Source: Lingula anatina (Eukaryota > Animalia > Brachiopoda). From it: a stretch of 64,000 nt of DNA. Made by a program: the position numbers and the translations under genes. This document shows, piece by piece, positions 50,772-64,000 of this stretch. How positions within the stretch are numbered: position 1 is the first letter of the stretch; every line of letters begins with the position of its first letter. A model generated the notes under the pieces. The model had not been told where the DNA came from, made no database searches, and saw only the letters and a program-made list of their open reading frames with translations. The stretch is taken from contig CM120642.1 of NCBI GenBank assembly GCA_051362555.1, forward strand, positions 32,364,001-32,428,000, given 5' to 3'.

Positions 50772-53087
50772 GGAAACTATGAAGATGATAGAGAAATTTA
50801 TATACTCCTAAGAGAGCTGCAAGGGTTGACTTTTCCCATCTAGTCATTGAAGCTGGGATTGGATACTGTGCAATAATTATATGTTAATCACCTCTTAAGA
50901 CTGATCTTGAACGGCCAAAAATTGAAGAGATTCAGACACATTGCAACTTAGTTATGCATTCTATAGACATCAACAACTTGAACATGCGAAATGGAACAGG
51001 GTGTCGGTCTTAAAATATATATATATTTTTGATAAGGTGTGGAATTTTAAATAGTTTACATCATGGCAATTTAAGAACAAATTTAGTATTTTTGTCATGC
51101 AAAGTAAGTGTAAAAACAGATGACTAATTTTAATATTCCGACAGAATAAATACAAACTGAGTATTACTTTTAATTTAACATCAGTTTATTAACTTTTTTT
51201 CAAAAATCATGATCTCATTTAAAATCTTTGAAAGATTAAAAACAAACATATTAAGTATTTATAAATAATCAGCCATGATCTAGGTTATAAAAAGCATAAA
51301 AAGCTCTTATCAGATACTCTAACAGAAAAATTATCTTGTATTAATACGACTAACATGATAACAATTAAAATCTGTATTTGCTACGTACAATAATAAATAT
51401 ATGTTAACAGATAGGTATTTCTATGTATGGTTCTCTAAACAGCTGCTAGAATTGTATAACTGATTTATTCCTCAAAATTAATTTTTATTTTATTAATATA
51501 GTGTCTCTAGTATTTTTTCTCCTATAAAACAATAGATGTCAGTTAAAATATTGAAGACACTTGGTATCTAAAGATTAAATTAACAGGCAAATTTTCACAG
51601 AAACATCCACATTTTTTTGTTTTAGAAAAATAATGAAAAAAAACCCCTAAAGGGAACCTGCATGAGACACATGTACACATAATACTTCTTTCCTAACAGA
51701 CCCCCATATTGACAGCCTGTTGAGAAGCGTTTCCAGTCATCTTATTTTTGATGATAATAAAAGACAATCTATAAATATACTTGCTGAGTTCAAGCTTTAA
51801 GGGAGAAGATAAAAAACTAATGGAACTTGTATATTATGCCTGCCACAATGTAACATATTGTTCAAGGGCAAATTTAAGATTTGTTCATTAGGATATTCCA
51901 TCTTAATATATCTTTAACAAGTACATATTAATTGAGCCATATCTGTTACGAACTTTGCTTTTGTCTTAAAGATATACCAGAAGATGAATTGAATTGGTCA
52001 ACAGTGTCTTTCCATGCTGTCATCTTTAAAGCACCTCAGAAAAGCACACAAACTGTAAAGTATACCTCCTCAACCTGCACCACGTTCTTGATAGGAACAT
52101 AGACACAAGACGTCACAGTAAATGGCACTTTACTGACTAAAAGGTATAAAAATATATAAGTATACCTAAACCGTATGCGTATCGGAGGTATAAATTTTGA
52201 TCAGACCCTCTCTATTCTCCATGGTGTTCACAAGTCCACCTCGTGTGACCTTGAAAATTGGTCAAGTTGAACTATCTAACAACCTGTTTTAGCACCCAAT
52301 CCAATTTGGTGGATCTACAAAGCCCCCTACGCCCCCCATACTCCATTCTGTATTTTTCCTGTACACCTAGTTTGTGACGCAAAAGTACCAAGTGATGTAG
52401 ATCTCCATGGATTTAAGCATGAGGTTAATTCCCAGGTGTACAACCAAATGTTCAGGTCTTCAAGCATGTAAGGTTTAACTGATATTGTTTAAAACATGTC
52501 CTAGGACATGGGCAGGCACAGTTGTTGCTGACATTAGATGTCCATAAAATATGTGTAACAGCCCTAGTTGTTCACTAATGTCTTGGCCACCATAGCTCAG
52601 TTGTGGGGACTGCCAACAATGAAACACGTGATGCAATTTTTCAAGCAGACCTGCCCCTGCACTGAGAAATAACAGAATTTTCCTCCTGATTGTTTTGTGT
52701 CCTTTGACTGATACAAATGCAAGGTCTCTGCTTTGCTTAAATTTTAGCAAAATTATAAAGTAATTTAAGAGAATTTTAGGTTTTCCTTTTTAAATCAGTT
52801 TTAATAATGTACCACTTAAAAATCTTATTATCTAAAAAGATATCCTGCCCCACCCCACCTTTTTTTCCCGGCACAAACTTGACGCAATTCATTTTCGCCA
52901 GGAATAAAAACATTCTTTGCTTTTGTAGTAACACCAGTTCAGTTCAATACTAAAATAAAAACTACAGCAGTCATGGAAACCAAGCAGTTAACTACAAGAC
53001 AAAATGTCTATAAGCAAATGTCTTGTTTTAAATATATATAAACTTGAAGGAAAATACTGTAATTGGCCGCTCAAAATGGAATCATTG

Positions 53088-53157
53088 GGGCCTGTTCAGA
53101 GCCAAGTTGATCCATGGATCAGTTAGTCCTGGGTTCAAGTTGGTTCTGAACATGCCC
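53088..53157. mobile_element. 70-bp palindromic mini-MITE
   Basis: gggcctgttcagagccaa ... ttggttctgaacatgccc. Confidence 0.55.
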
Positions 53158-54387
53158 TTTGCCTGTCTGGTCATGCAACAATGGCAGTATGACAGTGTGT
53201 GAACAATTCAAGGTTTTTAATCATGTCAACAGTATCAATATTCCTCGATACAAACTAACAAACTTCAACATATACACATAACTACAAAATAAAGACATGC
53301 TGAAAACTTTTAAAAACAGCCAGACATTCAAACCATCAGTTATTTAAATTTAGCTGAATTGAAGGGCTTTTTATTGTTGTGACTGTAAATTGAACATGGT
53401 GGCTGTTAAAATTATTGTCGGTGACTTGCATTGACTGAACACAATTTTCTACCAGTCCTTAATTTTTTTTCAGTCATGACAGTAAGGACCAACAATTTCA
53501 GCATGTCTGAATATATATTTTGGAGATCAATCATAATATGGACTACAAAAAATTATTTAACTTATGTGCCCTTCAGCAAAGAGGAGAACTGTTGGGGAGA
53601 AATAGCGACTCTCCAACAGAGTTCGTCCTTAAATGTCTTCTTGTAAGATTGCATAGAAATGATATACAAAACTGTAAACATCATGTTTCATATGACATTT
53701 GCAATTCTTCCATTCATTCTTTCAATTTTTTGCCATTACAGAAGATATAAAACATCTTCACACGGTTTTCTTACCTATTTTGAATAAAAAGAAAAACAAA
53801 CTTGAAAGTTCTAATTCGTGTATGTGGATTTGCATATTTTATACATTATTCCTCAAACGCTGAGAGGTATTTGTAATTTGCTAATGTTATACTGACGGTA
53901 TTTCCACTGTTTCAGTTCTCAAGTGTGAAACCCTTTAGTTGATGTCTTACTGAATATATACGCAGGAAGACAATGTTTTAATCTATGGCCCCATTTCTCA
54001 ATTGGCAAAGGTCAACAACTGGCATAAGATAGACTTTCAGGTAAAACGCAAATATCAGAAATGGTGCACGGAGCTATAAATGGTCACAGAAGAGAAAAAG
54101 TTGAGTTTCCCCCTTAAGTCTCAAAAAATCTTACGCATACAGAAGTGACGACAGCTTTGAAACCCATTCATCAGATGATTTTCCAGGACACTGGCCCAAG
54201 TCCACTGATGGGGCAGCCAGAAAATTAGTTCCCTGAATATTAACACTGAATAAACCATGTGACTTGACATTCCCTGTGATGAAGCTGGGAATGGAGTAAT
54301 GGAGCCTCCATGGGGAGCTGCAATCAGGCCATTTAACCTGTTACCGGTAGATCAGTGTAACTTTAAGGCATCTTTTGAATGAATATC

Positions 54388-62798
<8,411 letters not shown>

Positions 62799-64000
62799 CT
62801 GAAAGGTGAACAAACCGTTACTGTATCATTTAATTCTATTATTAAACTACATTTAACTACAAAAATTTTTTCTACATGACAGAAGATATATACACATTTC
62901 TGAGGTTTTCAGCTCAATAAACATTCAAAAACACAAGCATACCAATATCCTAGGCTTAGTTTGAACTATGGGGTATTCTCCATGCCAATAGGCAATCTTA
63001 GCCATGGTCCTATCTTCTTCAAAATAAATATTGTGGACTTAATGCTCTCGGTTCCTTATCATTACACATCCTAGACAGCACCTTGAAACTGCCCTGACAA
63101 CTTAACATCTGTCACCTTCTTTAAGAACTGTTGAAAGGTATTTATTTCACGTCATTTAAATTTAAAAGCCACGATGAAAATAATCCTGTGCGTAATTTCA
63201 TTCCAGCATACTCATTATAAGACATACAGTTAGGCATTCGGCCCTGACACAGCATTTTTCATTTTTTATTCTAAACACTTAGGGCCTTAATAACCACACT
63301 TTAAGACCTCTTCTACAGGAATTACAAATGTTAACAGCATGCAAAGCCTGATCAGGTGAAAGTCTGGGGCTGGCGCATCTGGTTGCCAGGCAACCCTGGA
63401 ATACATGGCAAATAAGGCACCTCTCTGTGCAAAAGAGGTATACTAGTAAAAAACAATGGGAGAAATTAATATGAAAGCTGTAAAAGGCCTGTTGCCATTA
63501 ATTTCAGAAAGGGGAAAGGGGTTCTTTTTCTGAAAAAATGAAACCTTTTGCCTCCTCAGTTGACCCAACTTGACAAATGGCTTAGAACCTACATGGAATT
63601 TTGAGTCTGACTTTTTCTGGCCAAACAGGCTTTTTTTTTTTCAAATACCCCACCCCATCCAACCCTGCCTCCTGGCCTGTGTAACAATGTTTTAAATAAA
63701 GAGTCTCATTCACTAAAATACCTTACTTTAATCTCATTTGAATATCAAAATTTTGAAGTAGATTAAAAAAAGGGTTGCCCCTGGAAAAAAATAAGTTTGT
63801 GGAAGATGCCCCAGTATGATATGAGTCAAATGACATCAAATTAGAAAAAAAAAGGTTAATCTCTATCCTCAAATCTTAACTAGTCATGACATCTCTTAGA
63901 GTAAAAACAGCCCTCCCTAAGTGAGCCACAGACACATTATGCATGTAACATATGTCAAAGGGTGGAACCATCAACTGAATTCTACACATACACTTCGACT

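Overview
AT-rich, intron-rich animal (invertebrate-like; taxon not determinable) genomic DNA. I spliced the exons by hand, checking GT-AG sites and codon phase. (1) A complete 12-exon TGFBI/periostin-type gene (signal peptide, EMI-like Cys domain, 4 FAS1; 629 aa; minus, 11429-25718). (2) The first coding exon of a second secreted protein, possibly a tandem paralog, running off the window (minus, 1383-1513). (3) A 10-exon, phase-consistent minus-strand gene (35250-44437, ~1257 aa) joining a Ser/Thr mucin stalk and one TM helix to three cytoplasmic SH3 domains, Tyr motifs and a Pro-rich tail, an architecture I do not recognise. (4) Nested antisense in one of its introns, a 2-exon stand-alone GIY-YIG nuclease gene (40805-41773, 155 aa). 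(5) A 3-exon potato-inhibitor-I/eglin-type protease inhibitor (plus, 49978-50771). (6) The SH3-SH2-kinase part of a Tec/Btk-family tyrosine kinase (minus, 54388-62798, 5' end outside the window). Also an L2/CR1 LINE 3' fragment, several MITE families and microsatellites. All splice models are predictions from sequence alone.
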